DNA of 47,772 nt from Candidatus Staskawiczbacteria bacterium. GTDB taxonomy: Bacteria > Patescibacteriota > Minisyncoccia > Minisyncoccales > Staskawiczbacteraceae. The stretch covers positions 1-47,772 of the forward strand of contig JBEKVX010000002.1 of NCBI GenBank assembly GCA_049513595.1, written 5' to 3'. Below, one piece after another: positions 39,270-47,772 of this stretch (the first letter of the stretch is position 1; every line of letters starts with the position of its first letter). Position numbers and translations under genes: made by a program. Below the pieces are notes generated by a model. It was not told where the DNA came from, ran no database searches, and saw only the letters and a list, made by a program, of their open reading frames with translations.

Positions 39270-40919
39270 TTATTTCCCTGGGTATAAAAACTTTTTGAGG
39301 AATGAGTTGATGATTATCTTGTTTTCGGGAGACTTCAACAAGTGAGTGGCGAGGGTGTAGGTTGCGACGCCAACGAGGCCGGAGGCGATGAGTTGGAAAA
39401 ATATGCCCCAAAAGGTTTGCAAACTTACAATTGAGCCGAGCAATTGGCGCACGCCAAAAGTTATAACAACCATTATCAAACTGGCGATTGCGATTTTATA
39501 AAGAGAATTTAAAATTTCTTTTGCATCTTTTAATTTTGGAAACTTTTTGTAGAAAAAATATAAAAGCAAAGAACTTTCTAAAATTGCGGTGATTGCATAA
39601 GCCAAAGCCAAACCAATTACGCCAACATTTGCAGCGCCTCCCAAACGCAAAAAATTCTGCAAAAATAAATAAAATCCGGGCGAAATTTTTATAAGCCAAA
39701 CAAGAAGCAAGCTCAATGCGATGTTAAAAGCAACCGTGACTCCACTGATGATTGCCGGAATTTTTGTGTTGTGGGCAGCGTAAAATGTTTTTGACAGAAA
39801 TAAAATAAATGCCTGGGCAATTAAGTTAAATGCCAAAATTGCCAGGCAGGCAGTCACCAGTTTTGTGTCCGACCAATTAAATTTTCCAACGCCATAAATT
39901 ACCCTGACAATCTGGGCTCTTAAAATTAAAAGCAGCAAACTTATTGGAACTGTCAAAAAAATTATCTGCCTGAATATGCTGGAAAACTTTCTTAAAAAAT
40001 CTTCGTGGTCTTCTTTTAAAAAAGCCATGGACATTGACGGAAAAGCAGCCGTAGAAACAGAAACCGCAACTGCGTTTACCAAAATCGATGATAAATTATT
40101 TGCCAGATTAAAAACTGCGATACTGCCTGCCATCAAAGTTGAAGCAATGGCTGTGGTGGCAATTGTGTTGAGCTGCCCTGCTCCCAAACCCAAAGACCTT
40201 GGCACCATAAGTTTTATTGTTTTTAAAACTCCCGGGTCTCTGAAATTAAAATTTAGCCGATATTTAAATCCCGAATGGAAAAATACCGGCAATTGGATTA
40301 ATAAATGCAAAATTCCGCCAAGCACCACTCCCCACGCCAATCCTGGCAAACCAAAATGTGGAACAAAAAATAAAATGCCGATTATTATTCCGCAATTGTA
40401 AAGCAAAGGAGCTACAGCTGTTACCAAAAATCTGTTAAAAACCTGTAAAATTCCTGAAATCATGTTTGAAGCGCCCAAAATTATGGGGCTTAAAAACATA
40501 ATTCGCATCAACATAATTGCCAATTCCCTTTTTTGTCCTGAAAATCCGGGGGCTGTTATTGAAATTATTAGCGGAGTAAAAATTATTAAAATTATGCAGA
40601 CAATAATTAAAAAAGATAAAAAAACATTTAACAAAGTTGAAACATATTTCCACGCTTCCTCTTTATCTTTAATTAAGTATGAGCTGAATATAGGAATTAC
40701 TGCGGCGGCAATTGCGCCAAAAATTAAAATTAAGGCAATAAAATCAGGAACGGTAAATGCCGAATAATAAACATCCAACTGGCTGCCGGCGCCAAAGGTT
40801 CCGGCCAACAAGCGGTCGCGTAACAAACCCAAAACCGCCGACAGCAAATAAGAAATCGCCAAAATTAAAGAAGCAGAACTGATTGATTTTGTCTGCGAAT
40901 TAAGAAAATTTTTTGACAT
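39270..40919 (-). CDS. murJ: Lipid II flippase MurJ
   Basis: About 14 TM helices. N-terminal pattern SASLILAISYLLSAVLGLLRDRLLAGTFGAG..LDVYYSAF is typical of MurJ/MviN. ATG at 40919 preferred over the track TTG. Confidence 0.9.
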   Translation of the reverse strand: MSKNFLNSQTKSISSASLILAISYLLSAVLGLLRDRLLAGTFGAGSQLDVYYSAFTVPDFIALILIFGAIAAAVIPIFSSYLIKDKEEAWKYVSTLLNVFLSFLIIVCIILIIFTPLIISITAPGFSGQKRELAIMLMRIMFLSPIILGASNMISGILQVFNRFLVTAVAPLLYNCGIIIGILFFVPHFGLPGLAWGVVLGGILHLLIQLPVFFHSGFKYRLNFNFRDPGVLKTIKLMVPRSLGLGAGQLNTIATTAIASTLMAGSIAVFNLANNLSSILVNAVAVSVSTAAFPSMSMAFLKEDHEDFLRKFSSIFRQIIFLTVPISLLLLILRAQIVRVIYGVGKFNWSDTKLVTACLAILAFNLIAQAFILFLSKTFYAAHNTKIPAIISGVTVAFNIALSLLLVWLIKISPGFYLFLQNFLRLGGAANVGVIGLALAYAITAILESSLLLYFFYKKFPKLKDAKEILNSLYKIAIASLIMVVITFGVRQLLGSIVSLQTFWGIFFQLIASGLVGVATYTLATHLLKSPENKIIINSFLKKFLYPGK

Positions 40920-40974
40920 TTTCAATAAATAGTATTTTTAATCTTACTATTTTTTTTGCATTTTTACAATAAAC

Positions 40975-41003
40975 AAAAAGCTCGACGCAAAGTCGAGTTT
41001 TTT
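40975..41003. terminator. Bidirectional terminator (3' end of rnpB)
   Basis: ctcgac-gcaaa-gtcgag flanked by an A-run and a T-run. Confidence 0.7.
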
Positions 41004-41008
41004 GTTGT

Positions 41009-41360
41009 CTCAGCAAGACTATAAGCCGAATTCTGTATTATGTGATCATCTGTCTGTTCGCGACATTGCTGTCGGAATCAAGCGAACTACTTTTAACAGA
41101 ATTTCGAGATGTATTTAACCCAATTTTCTGCTTTGTTCTTGCACCCAATAAGGATTTAGCCGTTTCATTTTTACATTGCTGTAAAACTATTCCGCGAAGG
41201 AATGCCAGATCTTTCGATCTGAGCCGTTTCTGTTCGCACCTCGCATCTTACGATGGACGGCCGTTAGCCGCTATTTTTTTACCCTGAACCTTGCGGTCGG
41301 GTGGTGTTCGGACTTTCCTCCCCAAACTTGCGTTTGAAGCGATCACTCATCTTGCTGAAA
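41009..41360 (-). ncRNA. rnpB: RNase P RNA (bacterial type)
   Basis: Minus strand has P4 strands GGGGAGGAAAGUCCGAAC and ACAGAAUUCGGCUUAUAG. P1 pairs UCAGCAAGA (5') with UCUUGCUGA (3'). About 352 nt; the overlapping + ORF 41042-41287 is spurious. Confidence 0.85.
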
Positions 41361-41396
41361 CGCATTAATAATAACAAATTATACCCTTTTGTCAAT

Positions 41397-41437
41397 ACCC
41401 AGCAAAAAATCCGCGGTCGCGGATTTTTTGCTGGGTA
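41397..41437. terminator. Perfect 19-bp inverted repeat (bidirectional terminator)
   Basis: acccagcaaaaaatccgcg-gt-cgcggattttttgctgggt. Confidence 0.8.
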
Positions 41438-41455
41438 TTTCTTATTTCAAAACGA

Positions 41456-41638
41456 TTAGCAGCATTTGCACTTCATCAGTTTTTTCACTCCGATAACTAT
41501 CAGAAGAATTGGCCAGATGATGCTCATGGCATATGCATATATGTTGAGATTCATGAGCAAGACCGCCAAACCGATTAAAATTATGCAGCATGGCATAATT
41601 TTATGATGCGCGCATTTGCATTCTTTTCCGTTTTCCAT
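41456..41638 (-). CDS. Small Cys-rich two-TM protein
   Basis: 60 aa. CKC..H...PCC at the N-terminus and CKCC at the C-terminus, flanking two hydrophobic helices. Confidence 0.45.
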   Translation of the reverse strand: MENGKECKCAHHKIMPCCIILIGLAVLLMNLNIYAYAMSIIWPILLIVIGVKKLMKCKCC

Positions 41639-41694
41639 ATTATTTTTATTTTAAATTAATATATGGACCTTTATTACTCTATTGTACCACAATT

Positions 41695-42138
41695 TTAAAG
41701 TAAAGACCTTGTTCCTACTTGATGATCCAGCGCTTCGTTTACCAGCCGGTCTGCTTCTTTGTTTTTTTCCCTGGGAGTGTGCTTGAATTTTACTGACTTA
41801 AAATCAAATTTTAAATTCCAGATTTCTATAAAAAACTGCTGTATTTTGGGGTCTTGCAACCGATAGTCACCATTTAATTGTTTAACAACCAATTCTGAAT
41901 CAGCTCTTATTTCAACATCAGAAATTTCTGCAATTGCTTTTCCAAACAGCGCCTTAAATTTTTTCAACGCAAAAATTATGGCCGAATATTCGGCGTCGTT
42001 ATTTGTTAAATTATCTCCCAGATATTCGCCATATTTTTTAATAACCTGCTCTTTTTCGTTGCAAAAAACAACGCCAATTGCCGCTTTTCCCGGGTTTCCG
42101 CGCGACCCACCATCAGTGTAAATAATAATTTTTTTCAT
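41695..42138 (-). CDS. rnhA: Ribonuclease HI
   Basis: IIIYTDGGSRGNPG (Asp), DAEYSAII (Glu), ADSELVV (Asp), KNKEADRLVNEA (Asp). Confidence 0.85.
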   Translation of the reverse strand: MKKIIIYTDGGSRGNPGKAAIGVVFCNEKEQVIKKYGEYLGDNLTNNDAEYSAIIFALKKFKALFGKAIAEISDVEIRADSELVVKQLNGDYRLQDPKIQQFFIEIWNLKFDFKSVKFKHTPREKNKEADRLVNEALDHQVGTRSLL

Positions 42139-42139
42139 T

Positions 42140-43111
42140 CTATTTTTGGTTTATTAAATTAAGAAATGCGTTGCTGATGTCAGCCAGAATAAGGTTGTCG
42201 TTTATTTTTTGCGTTATTTGTATAAATTCAACTGGGTCAACTCTGGCGCCATCAACTCTCATCGAAAAATGCAAATGCGGACCAGAAACGTAACCTGTGT
42301 CACCCGATAATCCGATAAGTTCTCCTCTGCGAACCCTGCTACCAACAAATACATTAAATTCGTCTAAGTGAAGGTACAAAGAAAAAATATCCAAGCCATG
42401 GTCTATGATAACTGTTTTGCCATAATTAGACAAATTTAAAGTTGCAACAACTTTTCCGTCGTTGACAGCATAAATATCTGTTTTTTCCGCTGCCTGCAAA
42501 TCAATTCCAAGATGTTGCATTTTAGTTGCGCCCAATCCGATAAATTGTCCGAATGAAAAACCGCTTTTTTCCATCAGTCCTAATGGCGAAGAAAACGGCT
42601 CTATAAAATATGGAGTTGCAGTAAACTTGCTTATAACTTTGCTTATGGCGGGGTTGTCGTTGTTTCTTATATTAGAGACCGCCTTTTCGTTGGTAATTAT
42701 GCTTTGTTTTGGGATTGAAACCGCAACCGCCGGCGCATTTGTAAAACTGGCAAGAGACACTTTAATTTCATTTGTTAAATGCTCTGCCAAAGAAGTATCC
42801 ACAAAAATTTTATAATTGCCCGGCTTTTGGTCGGCATCAATTCCTAAAAAAGAAATCCATTCTTGCGAATTTCCCTTTTTATAAAAAATTAATTTTTGCT
42901 GACCAAAATTTCCAGCCACTTCGCCTGCCTGACTTTTGACCCTGATAAAAACCGTGTCTCCCTGTTTTGGATTTTCAGGATAAACATAAATGCTTGTAGG
43001 CGTTTTATTAAACAATAAAAAAATTCCTATTGCCAGCCAAAAAACAATTAATCCTATAATTAAAAACGAATAAACAGAAAATCTTTTCGTTTGCTGTTTT
43101 TTATTTTTCAT
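42140..43111 (-). CDS. M23-family metallopeptidase, membrane-anchored
   Basis: HLGIDL and GDTGYVSGPHLHFSMRV (HxxxD / HxH zinc motifs). N-terminal TM helix. Confidence 0.85.
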   Translation of the reverse strand: MKNKKQQTKRFSVYSFLIIGLIVFWLAIGIFLLFNKTPTSIYVYPENPKQGDTVFIRVKSQAGEVAGNFGQQKLIFYKKGNSQEWISFLGIDADQKPGNYKIFVDTSLAEHLTNEIKVSLASFTNAPAVAVSIPKQSIITNEKAVSNIRNNDNPAISKVISKFTATPYFIEPFSSPLGLMEKSGFSFGQFIGLGATKMQHLGIDLQAAEKTDIYAVNDGKVVATLNLSNYGKTVIIDHGLDIFSLYLHLDEFNVFVGSRVRRGELIGLSGDTGYVSGPHLHFSMRVDGARVDPVEFIQITQKINDNLILADISNAFLNLINQK

Positions 43112-43168
43112 TTATTCATTTTACCATTTAGCACCATTTAGGTAAATAAAAACCCGCATAAATGCAGG

Positions 43169-43891
43169 TTACAGCCGAGATAAGTCGCCAATCTTTTTGT
43201 GTTTTCTCATCTTCTTCAGCGCCATTTCTTTTATCTGGCGAACTTTTTCGGTTTTTATGCCAAGTATTTTCGCCACCTCTTTTTTTGAGCGCGCTATTCC
43301 GTCCTTCAGACCGAACGACAGGACCAGAACCTTTCGTTCCATCCTATCTAATTCAGACAGGGCGCCCTCCACAACTTCCCTAAGAAAACCTTTGTCTGCA
43401 CCACGGCTTGGCGAAACTGCTTTTTCATCTCCGACAATGGCATACAAAGATTCTTCATCATCGCCTGACCCAATCGGAGCATCAAGCGATGTTAATTCTC
43501 TCTTGCCCGATAAGGCATTTTTGATGGCTCCATTGATGCACTCAGTCGCGTAGGTTGAAAACCTCGTTCCCTGATTGCGAAACCCATCAACGGCAAGCAT
43601 AAGGCCATAGTTGCCCTCTTGAATCAGATGCAAAAGCATCAAGTTGGACTTGCCAGCATATTCCTTGGCAATATGCACAACCAGCCCCAGGTTTGCCCTG
43701 GCCAATTGCCTACTTGCCTCTTTGTCCCCAGCTTCAATCCTTTCGGCAAAAGCGATCTCTTCGTCTGCGCTTAACAGAGGAATCTTGTCGCCCATCTGTT
43801 CAAAGTAGACGTCAAGAAAAGTTTTTGCTCGCTTCTCGGCTTTTTTCTCCAACTTTTTGGCAAACTTTTTGCCTGACTTCTTGTTCGGCAT
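43169..43891 (-). CDS. Sigma-70-family RNA polymerase sigma factor (short, regions 2-4)
   Basis: ANLGLVVHIAKEY, LIQEGNYGLMLAVDGF...RFSTYATECI (region 2), and a region 4 HTH KEVAKILGIKTEKVRQIKEMALKKMR. Confidence 0.85.
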   Translation of the reverse strand: MPNKKSGKKFAKKLEKKAEKRAKTFLDVYFEQMGDKIPLLSADEEIAFAERIEAGDKEASRQLARANLGLVVHIAKEYAGKSNLMLLHLIQEGNYGLMLAVDGFRNQGTRFSTYATECINGAIKNALSGKRELTSLDAPIGSGDDEESLYAIVGDEKAVSPSRGADKGFLREVVEGALSELDRMERKVLVLSFGLKDGIARSKKEVAKILGIKTEKVRQIKEMALKKMRKHKKIGDLSRL

Positions 43892-44034
43892 TTTAGTCCT
43901 CTTTTAAAAGGGCGTCTTGATTACCCGCCTCCATATTAACAGATTTCTATATTTAGTCAAATAAAAAATCGCCCGCGACCCAAGATACTCATTGGGTACC
44001 CCGAGCCGCATAGGACGATTTTTTGGTATATTTT

Positions 44035-44802
44035 TTATTTGTTTAAGTTGTCGGATTTTATGGCTTCCAGCGCCTCTTTTACTGTTGTCATAAATTGAGC
44101 CGGAAAAATAATCGTAGAATTTTTTTCAACGCTTATCTCTGCCATTGTCTGCAATGTCCTTAACTGCAAGGCCACAGGATGGGCGGCAATAAGGTCGGCT
44201 GCCTGTCCCAATTTTTCAGCTGCCTGAAATTCTCCCTGGGCTGCAACAATTTTTGCCCTTCTTTCTCTTTCTGCTTCTGCTTCTTTTGCCATGGCGCGCT
44301 GCATGTTGTCAGGCAAAATAATATCTTTAATTTCAACTGCGGTCACCTGAACTCCCCAGGGTTCTGTATGGTTATCAATGACATTTTTTATTTGATTATT
44401 AATGTCAGATGTCTGCGACAAAAGCTGGTCTAATGTAAATTGCCCGACAACATTTCTGACAGTTGTCTGGCTTATCTGGTTTACGGCAGAAAAAACATTT
44501 TCTATGGCAATAACTGCCTTTTTAGGGTCAACCACGTGATAATACGCCACAGCTGCAATATCAATGGAAACATTATCTTTTGTAATAATTTTTTGCGAAG
44601 GAATTCCCATTGTTACTGTTCTGAAACTCACCTTCACCATTTTCTCAAAAACAGGAACTAAATATATAAGACCCGGCCCCCTGATAACAGTTTGCTTCCC
44701 CAGAAAGAAAATAACTGCCCTTTCATATTCTTTAATGACGCGAATTCCGGAAAGAGCGATAACAACTAAGACACCTAAAATATAATAAATATAAGCATCC
44801 AT
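44035..44802 (-). CDS. SPFH/Band-7 (stomatin-like) protein
   Basis: N-terminal TM helix, IRVIKEYERAVIFFLGK, and a C-terminal Ala/Glu-rich coiled coil AMAKEAEAERERRAKIVAAQGE. Confidence 0.85.
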   Translation of the reverse strand: MDAYIYYILGVLVVIALSGIRVIKEYERAVIFFLGKQTVIRGPGLIYLVPVFEKMVKVSFRTVTMGIPSQKIITKDNVSIDIAAVAYYHVVDPKKAVIAIENVFSAVNQISQTTVRNVVGQFTLDQLLSQTSDINNQIKNVIDNHTEPWGVQVTAVEIKDIILPDNMQRAMAKEAEAERERRAKIVAAQGEFQAAEKLGQAADLIAAHPVALQLRTLQTMAEISVEKNSTIIFPAQFMTTVKEALEAIKSDNLNK

Positions 44803-44876
44803 AGATTTAAAATATTAATAATAATTATGCTATTAATTCTTGTTACTCTCTTTCTCGTAAAAATGCAATTAAAAAT

Positions 44877-45116
44877 TTATGTTAAACCTTCCTGGTATTC
44901 AATGCCATTCAGTGTGGGAAACTTTGGATAAACTTTTTGCACTCTGCCGACTTGCCCGTCTTTCAACCGCACCTTAATCCCGCGATGATGAGAACTGTCG
45001 CCCGTCAAAATCTCCGCCACTCTTCCATGGGTAAGTTTCCCAGTTGGTTGGTCTTTTTTTAGCACAATATCCACCTCAGCCCCAATTTTTATGTTTGCCC
45101 TAGTTTTTCCGTCCAT
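44877..45116 (-). CDS. YwbE-family protein
   Basis: ANIKIGAEVDIVLKKDQPTGKLTHGRVAEILT...HHRGIKVRLKDGQVGRVQKV matches the YwbE family (from memory). Confidence 0.75.
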   Translation of the reverse strand: MDGKTRANIKIGAEVDIVLKKDQPTGKLTHGRVAEILTGDSSHHRGIKVRLKDGQVGRVQKVYPKFPTLNGIEYQEGLT

Positions 45117-45225
45117 TTTTTTACTTTATTCCTAAAAGAGGACATTTTCAATCCCTATACATACTCATTAATAATTGCTATTATGAATAATTGTTATTAA
45201 CTAAAAATATTAAATAAAAAATTTT

Positions 45226-45438
45226 ATGAAATTATGGAATTGGCTTTTATATTTGACTAATAATGAAGAAAAATCTCGGCACGAAGAGTTGTTTGATGTG
45301 GCTTTTTTTGCAATCAACACAATAGCCGTGATTTTTGGCATCGCCATGTTTATTATTTATAAAGAACCGCAGTGGATACCCGTGGTCGTTATTGAGTATA
45401 CTTGGGCGTTTGATAATATGCGCAATAATCGCAGTTAA
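45226..45438 (+). CDS. Possible small membrane protein
   Basis: 70-aa ORF with one hydrophobic helix. No SD, and it overlaps an antisense ORF. Weak. Confidence 0.3.
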   Translation: MKLWNWLLYLTNNEEKSRHEELFDVAFFAINTIAVIFGIAMFIIYKEPQWIPVVVIEYTWAFDNMRNNRS

Positions 45439-45510
45439 CAAATTTATGAGTAATAAAATAAAAAAGATCCCGAGGGACCCGAAGCAATAATTAGCGCGTT
45501 TTGCTTCTTT

Positions 45511-45738
45511 TCAAAAAAGCGTAACGTTGATGGTCGGCCTTCCAAATCCGTATCGAACATCCTTGCATTTTGGCTTTTGCCCATTGCAACGGACGAAACT
45601 CATGCGGTCAAATCTTGCCGCGTCGTTGGGAACGCGCATCGACTCCCTTGTTAAAAAATTTTCAGAGTCCAATATACGCCACTGCGATTGCCGTCGCCCT
45701 TTGGTTTTTTGGGAACCACAAAATCTTAAAAAACCCAC
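45511..45738 (-). CDS. Possible small basic protein (GTG start)
   Basis: AAAGGAG lies 10 nt upstream of GTG 45738. A candidate promoter TTGACA-16 nt-TAATCT sits upstream (about 45784-45811). A GAAGCAA/TTGCTTC hairpin lies downstream. No family recognised. Confidence 0.4.
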   Translation of the reverse strand: MGFLRFCGSQKTKGRRQSQWRILDSENFLTRESMRVPNDAARFDRMSFVRCNGQKPKCKDVRYGFGRPTINVTLF

Positions 45739-45853
45739 GGCTTTGTTTCTCCTTTTGTCGGAAGAATTATCTCTACTAATTTTAGATTAATACTTTGCCA
45801 AATTTTGTCAAATAAAAAAGGGCCTTTGCCGGTCTTTCATTTTTTTTATAATA

Positions 45854-47026
45854 TTATTTTTTGAAAAAATCGTTCAGGCAATTTTCAAATTTTGAGAGAT
45901 TTTCATTTTTTATCCGGAAGCCAGAGGCGTTGGCGTGGCCGCCATAAGTTATTAAAAAATCACGGCACGTTTTCATGGCATCAACTGAATTTGTGTTTTT
46001 GGGATTTCTGACTGAGCCACAGGATTCTTTATCCATTTTTTTAAAAATAAAAGCCGGTTTTTCGTATTTGTTGCATATTATTGAAGCCACAGACCCGGCT
46101 AAAGTTAAATGCCAGGAAGGATCTCCCTCAAAAATAATGGCGCTGGGGTTACCTTCTAGGTCTTTTTGCGAAAGGCGTCTTTCTATTTCCTGCACAATAT
46201 TTTTGACCTGCATTTGTTTATTGAGATTTTTATTTAAAAGCATCTGGGCAATTTCTTTGCATTTTTGTTTGTCAGAACAAGTTAAAAGCTGGTATGATTC
46301 GTTTTCAAAATTTACCGACTCAGCTGCATTCAAAGCAGAAATTATTTTGGGCAAAGACGACCCAGAGGGTGCCCCGAAAACTTCTCCATTTCCCAGAATA
46401 TCTAAAAACGCCCTTAGGGCGGGGCGAAATGTATTTTTAAGAGACCTTAAGCCATGTTCAATAATTTCCTGATTTTGTTGGACTTGCGGAACCATATCAG
46501 CAATTGTTCCCAATGCCGCCAATTCCAAAAAACTATTTTTCAAATTTTCAGAAATATCTTTGCCCAAAAGTTCCATGCAAAGATTATATGTAACGCCAAC
46601 ATTTGCCAAGCCCTTAAATGGATAATCATCGTCATCCTGTTTTGGGTCAACAATTATTGCTGCCTCCGGAACTCCAAACAATGTTTCGTGATGGTCAATA
46701 ATAATAACTTCAAAACCCATTTTGTTTGCCGTATCAACTTCTTTTATATTTCCGATGCCCAAATCCAAAGTTATAAAAAGCGCCGGTGCTCGGTCTTTTA
46801 ACATTTCCAATGCTCTTACATTTATTCCGTAACCGTCATTTTCCCTGTCAGGAAAAAAAGCGCAATCAATCTTACCACCCAGGCATTTAATCGCCTCCTC
46901 CAAAATAACAACAGAAGAAATTCCGTCTAAATCAGAATCGCCATACAAAATAATCCGCTCTTTATTTTGAACAGCTTTTTTTATTCTTTCTGCGGCTTTT
47001 TCAATATTTTTTATTTTCTCTGACAT
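45854..47026 (-). CDS. DHH/DHHA1-family phosphoesterase (RecJ-core / NrnA-like)
   Basis: ILYGDSDLDGISS, ITLDLGIGN, IIIDHHET, GGHANASGF. Confidence 0.85.
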   Translation of the reverse strand: MSEKIKNIEKAAERIKKAVQNKERIILYGDSDLDGISSVVILEEAIKCLGGKIDCAFFPDRENDGYGINVRALEMLKDRAPALFITLDLGIGNIKEVDTANKMGFEVIIIDHHETLFGVPEAAIIVDPKQDDDDYPFKGLANVGVTYNLCMELLGKDISENLKNSFLELAALGTIADMVPQVQQNQEIIEHGLRSLKNTFRPALRAFLDILGNGEVFGAPSGSSLPKIISALNAAESVNFENESYQLLTCSDKQKCKEIAQMLLNKNLNKQMQVKNIVQEIERRLSQKDLEGNPSAIIFEGDPSWHLTLAGSVASIICNKYEKPAFIFKKMDKESCGSVRNPKNTNSVDAMKTCRDFLITYGGHANASGFRIKNENLSKFENCLNDFFKK

Positions 47027-47088
47027 AAATTCTTTAATTTATGTCAGCCCCGTAGTCCCGCAGGACGAAGGGAGAAAACATAAATTTA

Positions 47089-47137
47089 GTAATTTTTTGA
47101 AATTCCGCGAAGCAAAAATACATTTTCAAAAAATTAC
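47089..47137. repeat. 14-bp perfect inverted repeat with a 21-nt loop
   Basis: GTAATTTTTTGAAA (47089-47102) and TTTCAAAAAATTAC (47124-47137). Confidence 0.9.
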
Positions 47138-47140
47138 GAT

Positions 47141-47156
47141 AAAGCGGCGAAGCCGC
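47141..47156 (-). terminator. Candidate pgk terminator
   Basis: Minus strand reads GCGGC-TTC-GCCGC followed by TTTATCGTAATTTTTT. Confidence 0.5.
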
Positions 47157-47188
47157 GGAAATTTCTATTTTTGATGTCATACTTTTTA

Positions 47189-47772
47189 TTATCCCAGAGC
47201 GGCTATTCCCGGAAGAATATCTCCAGACAAATAGCTTAACATTGCTCCGCCGCCCGTTGAGACATGGCTGAACTTATCAATCATACCTTTTTTTTCTAAA
47301 AATTCAACTGTTTCGCCTCCGCCAACAACTGAATAAGCCCCGCTATTTATTATTGCCTCGGCAATTGCTAAAGTTCCGGCAGCATATTTATCATCTTCAA
47401 ATTTTCCAAACGGCCCGTTCCACAAAATTGTTTTTGCCGTTGCAATTTTTTCCTGAAATAATTTTATTGATTCTTGGTTAATGTCCAATCCGTCCAAGTG
47501 CCCCACCGGAGATATTATTTTTTCTGGAAAATCAAATTTAATATTTTTGTCTGTCACTTCTTTTGAGAGCAATCCGCCTATTATAACAAAGTCGGCAACT
47601 TTTGAAATATTATCAATAAATTTTGATTTTGTTTCAACTTTTTTCCCGCCGACAATCGCCACCATTGGCTTTTCCGGATTTTTCATAATTTTGTCTAACA
47701 CCTCAATTTCTTTTTCCAGCAAAATTCCCGCGCAATTTGGTAAAAGTTTTGGAACGCCAACTATTGAAGCAT
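47189..47772 (-). CDS. pgk: Phosphoglycerate kinase, C-terminal part (N-terminus beyond the window)
   Basis: KPMVAIVGGKKVETK, ILWNGPFGKFE, YSVVGGGETV, HVSTGGGAMLSYLSG. The reading frame stays open to the right edge. Confidence 0.9.
   Translation of the reverse strand, partial: ASIVGVPKLLPNCAGILLEKEIEVLDKIMKNPEKPMVAIVGGKKVETKSKFIDNISKVADFVIIGGLLSKEVTDKNIKFDFPEKIISPVGHLDGLDINQESIKLFQEKIATAKTILWNGPFGKFEDDKYAAGTLAIAEAIINSGAYSVVGGGETVEFLEKKGMIDKFSHVSTGGGAMLSYLSGDILPGIAALG

Noticed and set aside
41042-41287. 81-aa plus-strand ORF
   Set aside because: It lies entirely within the RNase P RNA gene on the opposite strand.
45480-45850. tmRNA, 6S RNA or riboswitch in the GC-elevated gap
   Set aside because: No tRNA-like 3' end (GGUUCGAnUCC...CCA), no tag-peptide ORF ending in hydrophobic Ala-rich codons, and no long imperfect duplex. 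An SD plus GTG ORF with promoter and terminator explains the region at least as well. It is kept as a low-confidence CDS.
1-47772. CRISPR arrays, rRNA genes, transposases, prophage structural genes, alternative genetic code
   Set aside because: No regularly spaced direct repeats outside coding tandem modules. No rRNA-like conserved strings and no DDE or serine/tyrosine recombinase motifs. Long ORFs are intact with UGA as stop and tRNA-Trp is CCA, so code 11 is adequate.

Overview
AT-rich bacterial segment (hand counts about 23-35% GC in sampled lines). It is gene-dense and coded almost entirely on the minus strand. Long ORFs are intact under the standard genetic code and tRNA-Trp has anticodon CCA. 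Housekeeping content includes lepA, murJ, pgk, lexA, rnhA, a short sigma-70, RNase P RNA and four tRNAs. Together with many small secreted or Cys-rich proteins, a SWIB protein and split PEP-utilizer proteins, this suggests a reduced-genome, CPR/Patescibacteria-like organism (inference only). No transposase, integrase, rRNA or CRISPR array is visible. All family calls come from motif recognition by eye; no HMM or BLAST search was possible. Five regions stand out. (1) 3737-13455 is one tight operon: PAS protein, histidine kinase, receiver, a 1521-aa repeat protein ending in a dockerin, a membrane cohesin protein, and a second receiver. (2) About 14186-22100 is a strongly GC-shifted island (about 57% GC in a sampled line). 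It carries trpS with a Cys4 motif, a chorismate-mutase::methyltransferase fusion, tRNA-Trp, a VOC protein, BtpA, and a canonical T-box antiterminator/terminator placed in front of a rifampin-phosphotransferase-like PEP-utilizer enzyme rather than an aaRS gene. (3) 23184-25926 holds a radical SAM enzyme next to a fused APRT::MTAP salvage enzyme. (4) 27124-29758 is a four-gene cassette ending in a Shedu-type DUF4263 nuclease, immediately downstream of a tRNA cluster. (5) 33838-39209 is a lexA-headed operon: an HsdM with a fused PD-(D/E)xK-like N-terminus, a cytoplasmic trypsin-like protease, an Rx4H (HEPN-like) protein and HsdS, with no HsdR in the window. I consider (5), the T-box-controlled phosphotransferase in (2), and (4) the best candidates for undescribed systems.
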